From a virus: a DNA stretch of 64,000 nt. Every line of letters begins with the position of its first letter. Within the stretch, counting starts at the first letter, position 1. The translations under genes and the position numbers were made by a program. The DNA is taken from the IMG/VR virus record IMGVR_UViG_3300037230_000036, positions 1 to 64,000 of that record; one strand, 5' to 3'. Below the pieces are notes generated by a model. The model had not been told where the DNA came from. It did not search any database and worked only from the letters and a program-made list of their open reading frames with translations. Of this stretch, positions 43,321 through 52,104 are shown piece after piece.

Positions 43321-43740
43321 TCATTCCGGCGCACTCTCCACGCGCACGTAGCCGCCGATGAGCCCGGCCCCGGCCAGATGCGGCGCGGCCTTCCCGGCTT
43401 CGACGAGCCGCTTCAGCGCGGCCTCGATCTGCCCCGGCTTGACGTTGCCGATCTTCTCGACCAGCGCATCCAGCGACTGCGGCTCGGTGGTCAGGCGGTC
43501 CAGCGTCGCGGCTTCGAGGTTCCGGCGCTGGCGACTCGGCGCGTCGTGGCCGTTGGGCGCGGGCGAGCCGGCGTCCTCGCGCATGGCCTCGACGGCGCGA
43601 TCGTGCGCAGCAATCGCGGTTCGCGCGACGTCAATGCTGGACTCGGCATCGGCCAAAATCAGCTTTGCCCGCTGGTAAGCCTCTACCGCGTGCTGTTGCC
43701 TGCCCAGCAGTTCGGCGCGGATATCGTCGATCTTGCTCAT
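43321..43740 (-). CDS. Coiled-coil plus winged-helix hypothetical protein
   Basis: GGAGAGAG RBS; ATGA overlap. Confidence 0.55.
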   Translation of the reverse strand: MSKIDDIRAELLGRQQHAVEAYQRAKLILADAESSIDVARTAIAAHDRAVEAMREDAGSPAPNGHDAPSRQRRNLEAATLDRLTTEPQSLDALVEKIGNVKPGQIEAALKRLVEAGKAAPHLAGAGLIGGYVRVESAPE

Positions 43741-44996
43741 GCTGTTTCTCTCTCCGGTATAAGTGCGAAAAATCTGCGGAGGCGCGGAGCCTGGCGACGC
43801 CACACCATGTCTTCGATCTCTCGGCCGTAGTGGTTGCCATAGGCGCGCTCATAGGCCTTTCGCATCTGATCTTGGCGCGTCATGTCGTACCCAGGCTGGC
43901 GTCGCGCGAAGAAAGGACGCCCTGCGGCGACCGTCGCCGGTGCCCTTCCGGTTAGCGCCGGATGCGCCGTTCCAGCGGTGGTCATGTTGAATAGGTTTCC
44001 CGTGTTGAGAAGTTCGCCAGCATTCCCCGCCTCGACGTGGAGCGCGATGGCGACCAACTGGTCGAGCGGCGGCGTCTCGTCAAAATAGAGGCAGAGATCG
44101 GCGAGCTTCTCGCCGCGGATCGCGGTCAGCCCGACGCGGATCCCACTATGCCCCAGCGCCGTCACGTTTTCCGACCGCACCTGGAAAATAAGATCGTTCG
44201 TCGTCGGGATCGCGACAGTCTCGCCGCGAACAAATGCCTGCACCGGCGCGGGACCGAGGATCTGCGCCGCCGTTGTCGCCGATCGCGCAAGGCGCTTCCG
44301 GTTGTCGCGGATCATGCGGCGCAGCGGCTGCCCGATTCGTTTCGCTTCCTGCTCGATGAGGAATTGGTTCAGCGCCTCCGTGCGGCGCCGGCCGCGCTCT
44401 TCATCCGCAGAGGTGAAGAGCGCGTCGAGCAGTTTCACTTCGTCCGGGTGCGCCGGCCACGGCAGCGAGCAGATACCCTTCGCGAGGCGCGCATGGTGGC
44501 CAACCGCGCGGCCGGGATCGGTGCGGACGTAGCGGCGGATTGCGGCTGGCGACCGGAGCCGACGCAGCACGCGGGGCCTCGGGCTGCCATCGGCGCGGAG
44601 GCGGATGTCGCTGCCACGGCGCCAGTGTTCCAGCGCCCCGCCGATCGTCGAATCGTCGTAGTTCCAGGCGGCCAGGACCTCGGCGAGTTCGTGGATACGA
44701 TAGCGTTCGCGGATAAGGGCTGCCGCCACAAAGGCACGCTGATGAGGCGCATCGAGTTCCGTAACGATCGCCCGGGCATAGTCGCAGAGGCCGAAACACA
44801 TTGCTTGGCGTCTACCGAGGTGCGTGTCGCTGTAGTCGCCATTGCGTTTAGGGCGCTCGACCAGATTGTCGATGACCCCTCGGTCGCCCAGCAGGTTGAG
44901 TGCGGCGTGGGACAGGCCGTCGAGCTCGCCGTACTCCACCGCCCCATCAAGGACGTATTGGATGTCGGGGGGAAGCGGCGACGGCCTGATCTGCAT
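43737..44996 (-). CDS. Hypothetical protein with C-terminal LCLY...PPLDQ...L....GN domain
   Basis: 419 aa; coupled by TGATG to the upstream GG-ending gene. Confidence 0.65.
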   Translation of the reverse strand: MQIRPSPLPPDIQYVLDGAVEYGELDGLSHAALNLLGDRGVIDNLVERPKRNGDYSDTHLGRRQAMCFGLCDYARAIVTELDAPHQRAFVAAALIRERYRIHELAEVLAAWNYDDSTIGGALEHWRRGSDIRLRADGSPRPRVLRRLRSPAAIRRYVRTDPGRAVGHHARLAKGICSLPWPAHPDEVKLLDALFTSADEERGRRRTEALNQFLIEQEAKRIGQPLRRMIRDNRKRLARSATTAAQILGPAPVQAFVRGETVAIPTTNDLIFQVRSENVTALGHSGIRVGLTAIRGEKLADLCLYFDETPPLDQLVAIALHVEAGNAGELLNTGNLFNMTTAGTAHPALTGRAPATVAAGRPFFARRQPGYDMTRQDQMRKAYERAYGNHYGREIEDMVWRRQAPRLRRFFALIPERETA

Positions 44997-45382
44997 CAGC
45001 CGCCCCTGGCAGGACGTACCGCGACGGTTGCGGGCGATGCGACGATCTCTTGGGCATTGTGCGCGATGCGGCCTTGGCGCTTGCGTGGCGCCTCCGCAGT
45101 CTCGTTGTCGGTCTTGACGACTGTCACGTCGCCAATCCCGACAAGTGCGGCGAAATCTTTATCCGCCATCGCGAGGGCCCGCCGCTCGCGCACTTCAGCA
45201 ACGTCCTGCAGCGGCACGCGCCGCGGCGGGGCAAGACCGCCCGCGACCGGTTCGAGGAGGAAGAAGACGACGCCCTCGGCCAGCTTCTTTTCGATCACCG
45301 GCAAAACCGCAGCATCGCTCGACTCGTCCCAGATCAGAGTGGTATCGCCGGTGCGGTCAAGCATCGTGAGTGAGCGTTGCAT
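44996..45382 (-). CDS. Small protein ending in -PARGG
   Basis: LD.TGDT.L.W...K...G..FF; C-terminal diglycine. Confidence 0.7.
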   Translation of the reverse strand: MQRSLTMLDRTGDTTLIWDESSDAAVLPVIEKKLAEGVVFFLLEPVAGGLAPPRRVPLQDVAEVRERRALAMADKDFAALVGIGDVTVVKTDNETAEAPRKRQGRIAHNAQEIVASPATVAVRPARGG

Positions 45383-45383
45383 C

Positions 45384-45548
45384 TTATCTTGCCCCTTTGC
45401 GGTCGAGTTCGTCTTCCAGCCGGACGATCTGCTGCGTGATCGGGCCGCGCCGCTTGTCGTTCATCGGCAGAGATTTCAGCTTCGCACGGAGGTCCGCCAG
45501 CGCTTCGGAAAGGCTGCGGGGTTCGTGCCGGACAAGCGGGCTTAGCAT
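45384..45548 (-). CDS. Small hypothetical protein, first gene of the leftward operon
   Basis: AGGAG RBS; 54 aa; not in the ORF track. Confidence 0.55.
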   Translation of the reverse strand: MLSPLVRHEPRSLSEALADLRAKLKSLPMNDKRRGPITQQIVRLEDELDRKGAR

Positions 45549-45573
45549 CGTGGTTCTCCTAAATTCTCACTTC

Positions 45574-45654
45574 ATAGTGGGTATTCTCGGATGGGAAGGC
45601 AAGAAATAAATTATCACCACCAGGCTTGAGTTTTTCTGAAAGCGCGCCCATCGT
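45574..45654. promoter_or_regulatory. Back-to-back sigma70-type promoters
   Basis: Minus: TTGCCT-17-CACTAT (45602..45574); plus: TTGAGT-17-CATCGT (45626..45654); AT-rich spacer. Confidence 0.6.
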
Positions 45655-45663
45655 TATGAAACT

Positions 45664-45918
45664 ATGAACCTGGAACAACGAGCCTCCCAGATCGTCGATG
45701 CCGTCCGCCTGTGGATGGACGAGCATCGCGTCACGCCGTATCGCCTGGCGAAAATGGCCGGCATAGCTGAGTGGCAGGTGCGCTGGATCCGACGGGACGA
45801 TTTCACCGCGTCAGTCGAAGTGCTCGACAGGATCGACGAGGCGCGGCGGCGAAATCCTGCGCCGACGATTCCAAGGCCCGGCCGACCGCGCATTGCCGAT
45901 AAAGCCACAGCCCAATAG
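45664..45918 (+). CDS. Cro-like HTH regulator
   Basis: VTPYRLAKMAGIAEWQVR; first gene after the divergent promoter. Confidence 0.6.
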   Translation: MNLEQRASQIVDAVRLWMDEHRVTPYRLAKMAGIAEWQVRWIRRDDFTASVEVLDRIDEARRRNPAPTIPRPGRPRIADKATAQ

Positions 45919-45926
45919 GAGAAGGC

Positions 45927-46502
45927 ATGGACACCATCGCCACCGACCAGAACCCAGGCGAAGCCGAGCCCACACCGGCACCGGGATCCAACGTCACGTC
46001 CGAAACCGCGCTGCTCCTGCACTCAAGGATGACGGTGCTGGAGAGCGAGAAGGCCGAGGCGGCTGCGGGTGTCCGCGCCTGCAGCCGCGCGATCAAGACG
46101 CTGAAAGGCGAGGTCGAGGCCGCCGGGATCGACCTCAAGGGTTTCATGCGGGCGCGCGAGGATGCCGAACTCGCCGGCTCCGAGCGGGAGCGCATGATCG
46201 CCGAGCACCAGCGGCAACTGGCCTGGTTGAAGAAACCGATCGGGTTCGAGCCGACGCTCACCCTGGCGGAGCCGATCACCTTCACACCGACCGAACTCGA
46301 ATTGATCGGGCAGAAGGGGCACGGCGCCGGCAAGAGCAACCGGAACCGCGACGCCAACCCGGAGAATGTCGGCACCGAGGCCTACGTCGCCTGGGACAAC
46401 GGTTGGATGAAGGCGCAGAAGGAGCTCGCCGCTGAGATGGGCGAGGCTCCGGCGTCGGAGAAGAAGCGGAGGCCGACAGTTGCCGGCAGCGGGCGCGCGT
46501 GA
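45927..46502 (+). CDS. GapR (DUF2312)-like DNA-binding protein with RMF-like tail
   Basis: LESEK....IK.LK.E..A.G.D.K; NP...T....W..GW. Confidence 0.5.
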   Translation: MDTIATDQNPGEAEPTPAPGSNVTSETALLLHSRMTVLESEKAEAAAGVRACSRAIKTLKGEVEAAGIDLKGFMRAREDAELAGSERERMIAEHQRQLAWLKKPIGFEPTLTLAEPITFTPTELELIGQKGHGAGKSNRNRDANPENVGTEAYVAWDNGWMKAQKELAAEMGEAPASEKKRRPTVAGSGRA

Positions 46503-46747
46503 TGCTCACCGATCAGCAGGGGTCTCGGCTCTACGTCATTCGCCATTCGCGAAGTCAGACGGAGGACGAGCGGTTCTTGATTTCGATTATCGACGCGCTC
46601 AGCGAGGGATCGGCGCGAGAGCTCGCTGGCGAGATCGACGCGCGCCACAAACTCGAACTCGCCCTTTCCGGCAAGGATAGAGCGATGGGCGTGTTGTTCG
46701 ATCGTCTCGGAAAAGCCGGCATCGACTGCTCCGACCTCATCCCCTGA
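46499..46747 (+). CDS. Hypothetical protein
   Basis: GTGA overlap. Confidence 0.55.
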   Translation: MMLTDQQGSRLYVIRHSRSQTEDERFLISIIDALSEGSARELAGEIDARHKLELALSGKDRAMGVLFDRLGKAGIDCSDLIP

Positions 46748-46782
46748 ACCATGCCTATCCGGTTGTCGCACACAGGAGCTAG

Positions 46783-46920
46783 ATGTTGATGACCAAACAG
46801 CAGTTACGAATGGAGCCACTGAGATGGTGGCAGTGGCCGGCGGTGCTCTGCGGCCTTCCGCTGTTTCTCTTGCTGGCGTGGGTCGTTCTCGGGCCGTTTG
46901 GCGTGCAGAGTAAATATTGA
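46783..46920 (+). CDS. Cassette B cargo 1: 45-aa membrane peptide
   Basis: RBS and ATG from the cassette end (AGGAGCTAGATG); one TM segment. Confidence 0.6.
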   Translation: MLMTKQQLRMEPLRWWQWPAVLCGLPLFLLLAWVVLGPFGVQSKY

Positions 46921-47096
46921 TGCAATACCCGGCGTTTAGCGGCCTGCCCGGAGGGGTTCTTTGGGACTTTATCTACGCCCATCCCTGGCTTTTGGCCCCG
47001 TTGATGTGGGTCGCTTGCGTAGGGCCATACGTCATCGGCCTCGGCGCTATCTGCTACGTTCTCTACAGGTGGTGGCGATGGGTAACAACCGGATAA
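46920..47096 (+). CDS. Cassette B cargo 2: 58-aa membrane peptide
   Basis: TGATG coupling; TAA stop lies inside the right TIR. Confidence 0.55.
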   Translation: MQYPAFSGLPGGVLWDFIYAHPWLLAPLMWVACVGPYVIGLGAICYVLYRWWRWVTTG

Positions 47097-47110
47097 GCAC
47101 GCCCTGAACC

Positions 47111-47764
47111 ATGTCTGGCGACGAAACTCCTCTTCCGATCGCTGGGCTGCTGGCCCTCGATATCGCCACAGTGTCCGGATTTGCCGCCTGTTTACCCGGC
47201 GGTCAGCCGATCTGGGGTCACCGCCGTATGGGGACGCCAGAGGCACCGATGGGAGAGACGCTGCATTTCTTCGGCACATGGATCGGCATGACGCTCGATA
47301 AGCTGCGACCGAAGCATGTGATGATCGAGCAGCCCTACGTCCCGACGGGTGCGCCTGCGGGACGCCGCGCCAGGCTCGCCAACTCGAGCATGACATTGCC
47401 GATCGCCGGATTACCCCTTGACCTCGTTCCATCGATGGCGGCCCCGATCAATTTAGCGACGATCTGGCGGCTCCTGGCCATGACGGGGCGCGTCTACGAA
47501 GCCTGCTTCGAGCGCGGGATCGAGTGCCGCCATGTGCCAACGCAAACATGGTCGAAGTTCTTCGTTGGACGCGGCTCCGGGTTCAAGACGAAGCAGGCAA
47601 AGAAGCAGGCGGCTATCGACACGGCGCTCCGTTATGGCTGGGTGGCGACGAATGACGAAGCCGACGCCTTAGGGATTCTCCTTTACGCGGAGCACATCTT
47701 CTACCCGCAGATCGCGGCAAAGCGCCGGCCGACCGGGCCGCTGTTCGCGAGGGGCGGCCGATGA
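47111..47764 (+). CDS. RuvC-like Holliday junction resolvase
   Basis: LALDIAT.SGFA, VMIEQP, NDEADALG. Confidence 0.8.
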   Translation: MSGDETPLPIAGLLALDIATVSGFAACLPGGQPIWGHRRMGTPEAPMGETLHFFGTWIGMTLDKLRPKHVMIEQPYVPTGAPAGRRARLANSSMTLPIAGLPLDLVPSMAAPINLATIWRLLAMTGRVYEACFERGIECRHVPTQTWSKFFVGRGSGFKTKQAKKQAAIDTALRYGWVATNDEADALGILLYAEHIFYPQIAAKRRPTGPLFARGGR

Positions 47765-47910
47765 CGATTGATTTTGCGCCGTTCGCGATTCGGCCCCTTG
47801 AACGGGCGCCCATGGTAAGCGTAGCGTAGGGACCAAGAAAGCCGAACGCCCCGGTTCGCGTCCAACGATCCGAGGCGTTCTCGCCGACCCCGATGATCTG
47901 GATCGAGGAA

Positions 47911-48153
47911 ATGGCTTGCCGCGTATTTAACTCACGGAAATGGCAGTTTCAAGGCGGCGGCGGTCATCGCGCCCGCATTGCGCTGCTGTCCGAGATCGCG
48001 CGCATCGACGAGACGATCGCCGAGATCGAGGAGTTCGATCCGGAACCCGACGAGCCGATCATGCTGGCGCACGTCCAGGTATCGACCCGGGCCGAGGCTG
48101 TGGCGCTGCTGCGGCGGTGCCGGCGCGAGATCGAGCGGCGGATGGCGGCATGA
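47911..48153 (+). CDS. Hypothetical protein
   Basis: GAGG RBS. Confidence 0.45.
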   Translation: MACRVFNSRKWQFQGGGGHRARIALLSEIARIDETIAEIEEFDPEPDEPIMLAHVQVSTRAEAVALLRRCRREIERRMAA

Positions 48154-48322
48154 GGGCGATCCGCCACGATTTTGACTGGTCGAAGGCGCCGACGCCCTGG
48201 CGCTGGATCGGCCCCGCGTGGCGGGACGAGTGCGGGGCACGTCCGCCATCCCGTCTAAACGCAGCGCCGCTAAAAGCCGGTGACCTGCCGGAACCCCATC
48301 ACCTCCGCAAAAGAGAGAAGTT

Positions 48323-50113
48323 ATGAGCGACATCTACGGTCCGCGCAGCGATTTCGGCCAACTGATGCACGCGATGAAGTACCGCGCGCCCGAAGAGTCG
48401 TTCGACGATTACTGCGTCCGCTACGCCCGCACGACCGCCAACGACAACCAGGCTCATTTCCGCCGGCTCCTCGCATACCTGCGGGATCAGTCGATCCTGC
48501 CCGGCGGTCGGCAGCAGCTGGCCGTCGGCCGGCCTCGCGAGACGACCGCCTACCAGTGTTTCGTGATGGGGGAGATCCCGGACAGCACGCGCGGCATTTT
48601 CGACTCGGTGCGCGATACCGCGCTGACATTGCGGTCTGGCGGCGGGACCGGCATGGACTTCTCACCGTTGCGGCCGGCGGGCGAGCCGATCCGCGGACTC
48701 GGGCACGGCGCCTTCGCGAGCGGCCCGGTCAGCTTCATGGGCGTCTGGCACTCGGCCTGCGGCACGATCATGTCCGCCGGCGAGCGCCGCGGGGCGATGA
48801 TGGCGACCCTGCGCATCGACCATCCCGACATCCTTCTTTTCATCAAGGCGAAGCAGAACACGGGCGCGCTGACCAACTTCAACATCTCGGTCACGGTCAC
48901 CGACGAGTTCATGGAGGCGCTGGCGGTGGACGGTCTCTACACGCTGCGGTTCGGCGGGGTGGAGTTTGGCCAACTCCGGGCGCTCGATGTGTGGTCGATG
49001 ATAATGGAGTCGAATTGGGATTGGGGCGAGCCCGGCACGATCTTTATCGACAGGATCAACCGGCTCAATCCTCTCGCTTATTGCGAAACGATCCATTCGA
49101 CCAACCCATGCAGCGAGCAACCCCTGCCGCCTTGGGGCGCCTGCCTTCTGGGCTCGCTCAACATGGTCAAGTTCCTCGTCCCGATCCACGAGGCGGCCGA
49201 CGGGCTGAAACTCGCCGCGGAGTCCGGCCATCAGACGGTTCGGTACGAGATCGACTTCGAGCGGCTCGACGATGCGGTCGACGCTGCGGTGCGCGCTTTC
49301 GATGCGGTGATCGAGCGCACCATCTATCCGCTCGAGCAGCAGCGCGCCGAGGCTATTGCGAAGCGGCGCATGGGCGTCGGCGTGACCGGCATGGCCAATG
49401 CGATCGAGGTCTGCGGCGCCCCCTACGGAACGCCCGCCTACCTTGACCACCAAGACATCCTCCTCGAGCGCATCAACACGCAGGCCTATCGAACCTCGGC
49501 GGCACTGGCGCGGGAGAAGGGCACCTTCCCGCTGTGGAATGCCGAGCGCTATTGCGAGGGGGAGTTCTTCCGCACCCGGCTTCCGGATGACCTGCAGGAC
49601 GAAATCCGCCGCAACGGTCTCCGCAACGGTCTCCTGACATCGATTGCCCCGACCGGCACGATCAGCATGGTCGCCGATTATGTGAGCTCGGGGATCGAGC
49701 CGGTGTTCTCACCGCGGCTTTCCCGCACGATCAAGACGCCCCAGGGCGAGCGCCAATTCGAGGTCGTCGACTATGCGACCCAGTATTACGGCGTGAAGGG
49801 GCGCGCGGCCTCGGATGTGTCTGCCGAGGAGCACATCGACGTGCTGTGCCGGGCGCAGCGCTGGGTCGATAGCTCGATCTCGAAAACCTGCAACGTCACC
49901 GGCCAGATTGCCGGCGAGGGCTCCGGCATGAGTTTCGCCGACTTCAAGAACCTGTACCTGCGAGCGTGGGAGGGTGGCGCCAAGGGGTGCGCGACTTTCA
50001 ACTCGAACGGAAAGCGCCGCGGCATCCTGGCGCCGCTGCCCGATGCCGAGGCTGCGGATGGAGCCGCATGCTTCATTGACCCGGAGACCGGCAACCGCGC
50101 CTGTGGGGATTAG
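48323..50113 (+). CDS. nrdJ: Class II (adenosylcobalamin-dependent) ribonucleotide reductase
   Basis: PGGR, QCFV, GGGTG.DFS.LRP, RRGAMM, TNPCSEQPL, ACLLGS, IAPTGTIS, SISKTCN; no beta-subunit gene nearby. Confidence 0.92.
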   Translation: MSDIYGPRSDFGQLMHAMKYRAPEESFDDYCVRYARTTANDNQAHFRRLLAYLRDQSILPGGRQQLAVGRPRETTAYQCFVMGEIPDSTRGIFDSVRDTALTLRSGGGTGMDFSPLRPAGEPIRGLGHGAFASGPVSFMGVWHSACGTIMSAGERRGAMMATLRIDHPDILLFIKAKQNTGALTNFNISVTVTDEFMEALAVDGLYTLRFGGVEFGQLRALDVWSMIMESNWDWGEPGTIFIDRINRLNPLAYCETIHSTNPCSEQPLPPWGACLLGSLNMVKFLVPIHEAADGLKLAAESGHQTVRYEIDFERLDDAVDAAVRAFDAVIERTIYPLEQQRAEAIAKRRMGVGVTGMANAIEVCGAPYGTPAYLDHQDILLERINTQAYRTSAALAREKGTFPLWNAERYCEGEFFRTRLPDDLQDEIRRNGLRNGLLTSIAPTGTISMVADYVSSGIEPVFSPRLSRTIKTPQGERQFEVVDYATQYYGVKGRAASDVSAEEHIDVLCRAQRWVDSSISKTCNVTGQIAGEGSGMSFADFKNLYLRAWEGGAKGCATFNSNGKRRGILAPLPDAEAADGAACFIDPETGNRACGD

Positions 50114-50118
50114 GTGCG

Positions 50119-51036
50119 ATGCGTCTCAGCGACGAGCAGATTGCCCGCGCCCGCGCCCGCACGGACATCTACGCAAAGGCCACGACGCTGCGTCCGCACG
50201 GAAGCTGGCTCACGGGCCGGTGTCCGCTCCACGATGATTCGAAGCCCAGCTTCGGGATCAAGAACGGTCGGTGGACGTGCTTCTCGGGATGCGGAGGCGG
50301 CGACCCGATCGCCTTCCTGCAGCGCTGGCATGGCCTCTCATTCGAGGAGGCCGTGCGCGAGCTCACCGACGACGGACCCCTGCGCGGCACGCCGGTCGCG
50401 CCAGTGCAGGGCGCCCCACGCCGGGAGGAGGATACGACAGCGGTGCGCGACATCCTCCGCGGCTGCGAGCCGATCACCCCGACGACAGCGGCGCACCTCT
50501 ATTTGTGGTCCCGCAACCTGCCGACCCGACAGCCTGGACTCCTTGCGCACCGCGGCCTGATGTGCGTGGAGCAACGCCGCCCACTGCCGGCTTTGGTGGC
50601 GCCGATCTCCGACGCCGAGGGCAACGTGACGGCGCTGCAGCGGATCTGGTGCCGGTCCAGCTTCGACAGCGACGAGAAGGATGGCCGCGCGCTCCTAGAG
50701 ACGCGCCGGAAATCGTTGGGCTCGATGGGGCGCGGCGCCGTGCAGCTGAGCCGGCCCGGCCCGATCCTCGGGATTGCCGAGGGTGTCGAGAAGGCCATCG
50801 CGGCGTCGGCCATGTTCGGGGTTCCGGTGTGGGCCTCCTGCGGGGCGCAGCGGATGGCGCGGCTTGATCTGCCGCCGATCGCCGAAAAGGTTCTGCTGTT
50901 CGCCGACAATGATGACGCCGGGCGCGCGGCGGCGCGGGACGCCGTTGACGCCTATCGTCCCCGCCGGATCGTGCCGATGTTCCCGGAGCCCCGGTTCAAG
51001 GACTGGGAAGACCAGTACCGGGAGCAGGCATCGTGA
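50119..51036 (+). CDS. DNA primase (CHC2 zinc finger + TOPRIM)
   Basis: CPLHDD.KPSF...CFSGC; IAEGVE, FADND.AG, KDW.D. Confidence 0.88.
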   Translation: MRLSDEQIARARARTDIYAKATTLRPHGSWLTGRCPLHDDSKPSFGIKNGRWTCFSGCGGGDPIAFLQRWHGLSFEEAVRELTDDGPLRGTPVAPVQGAPRREEDTTAVRDILRGCEPITPTTAAHLYLWSRNLPTRQPGLLAHRGLMCVEQRRPLPALVAPISDAEGNVTALQRIWCRSSFDSDEKDGRALLETRRKSLGSMGRGAVQLSRPGPILGIAEGVEKAIAASAMFGVPVWASCGAQRMARLDLPPIAEKVLLFADNDDAGRAAARDAVDAYRPRRIVPMFPEPRFKDWEDQYREQAS

Positions 51037-51300
51037 GCACGGCAAGCCTATTCCCGGCCGCGCCTCGGGGCGAAGACCGCATCCGGGTCGACCATGCCCG
51101 CGTGAGATCAGATTGGTATGTGGAGCCGTCATGGAGTGTGGGGCTGCTGCTCGATGCGGTTTCGTTTCACGGCCCGGTGCATGATCCTTGTTGTGGGGGA
51201 GGGACGATCCCGAGAGCGGTGCTCGCGCATGGGGGAACGAGGTTTGTCTCGGCCTCCGATCTGGTCGACCGCGGATACGGCGAGGGTGGTCGATCAAATG
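51033..51300 (+). pseudogene. N-terminal fragment of a phage adenine methyltransferase
   Basis: DWYVEP.W....L, DPCCGGGTI, SDLVDRGYG; no NPPY/F motif follows. Confidence 0.6.
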
Positions 51301-51363
51301 GGATCCCCGGAAGCGCAGGGCGCCGCACCGGTTTGAGGACAGCGCCCGCCGGGAGGGTGCCGC

Positions 51364-51669
51364 GTGAGGCCGCGGGTCGCCGAAATCCAGTACGCCGTCG
51401 CAGGTCGGTTCCGCATCAAGATGAGCGATATGGTTTCCCGTCGGCGCGCCCGGTGCGTGGCGAGGCCGCGCCAGGTCGCGATGTATCTGTCCCGCCAGCT
51501 GACGTCGCTGAGCCTGCCCCAGATCGGCCGGCATTTCGGGGACCGCGACCACACCACGGTCATGCATGCCTGCCGGGTCATCGAGACGCTGCGGGAAAGC
51601 CACGCCGACCTCGACGCCGCCATCACCGAGATCATCGCCACCCTATCCGAGGAGCACCCACCGATATGA
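51364..51669 (+). CDS. DnaA C-terminal (domain IV) HTH protein
   Basis: RPRQVAMYLSRQLT.LSLPQIGRHFG.RDHTTVMHA. Confidence 0.9.
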   Translation: MRPRVAEIQYAVAGRFRIKMSDMVSRRRARCVARPRQVAMYLSRQLTSLSLPQIGRHFGDRDHTTVMHACRVIETLRESHADLDAAITEIIATLSEEHPPI

Positions 51670-52076
51670 GCGAGCAGCATTTTGCGTGGAACGAGGAGAC
51701 CCTGGCCGCGCTTCGGCGCCTGGTCTGCGTCGAGGGGAAGACTTTTGCGGCGGCCGCGGAGAAACTCGGCACCTCCAAAAATGCGGTCGTCGGCAAGGCG
51801 CACCGGCTCGGGATCTATCCGTCCGATGCCGTGGCCTCGCCGCGGTCGGCGGCTTCGCGGCAAGCGCAGGAACGGCGCTGGAATCCGCCTCGGCCACCGG
51901 CAGCCGATCGCTTCCCACCAAAGGGATGCTGTCTCTTCCCAATTGGCGATCCCCGCGCAGATGACTTCCACTTCTGCGGCGACAAGATCGCGGCCCCTGG
52001 GGAACCCTACTGCGATGACCACCACCGGCTCTGTTGGCAGCCGGCGCGGGTGCAGCGTCTCGACGCCGCGGAATAA
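51666..52076 (+). CDS. gcrA: GcrA-like cell-cycle regulator
   Basis: W.EE....L.....EG......LG.SKNAVVGKAHRLG; C.FPIGDP...FHFCG....PYC..H. Confidence 0.88.
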   Translation: MSEQHFAWNEETLAALRRLVCVEGKTFAAAAEKLGTSKNAVVGKAHRLGIYPSDAVASPRSAASRQAQERRWNPPRPPAADRFPPKGCCLFPIGDPRADDFHFCGDKIAAPGEPYCDDHHRLCWQPARVQRLDAAE

Positions 52077-52104
52077 TGAACGAGATCAGGGTAAGGACGG
52101 CACG

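Larger units (their letters stand above)
46750..47101 (+). mobile_element. TIR mini-cassette B (352 bp), 8-bp TSD CCCTGAAC
   Basis: Left CATGCCTATCCGGTTGT, right ACAACCGGATAAGCACG; CCCTGAAC at 46742-46749 and 47102-47109. Confidence 0.88.

Noticed and set aside
45611-45624. TTATCACCACCAGG resembling a lambda operator
   Set aside because: Single copy with no symmetric half-site; likely chance.
48323-50113. Intein or intron in the ribonucleotide reductase
   Set aside because: The ORF is compact, the motifs are contiguous, and no splice-junction signatures are seen.
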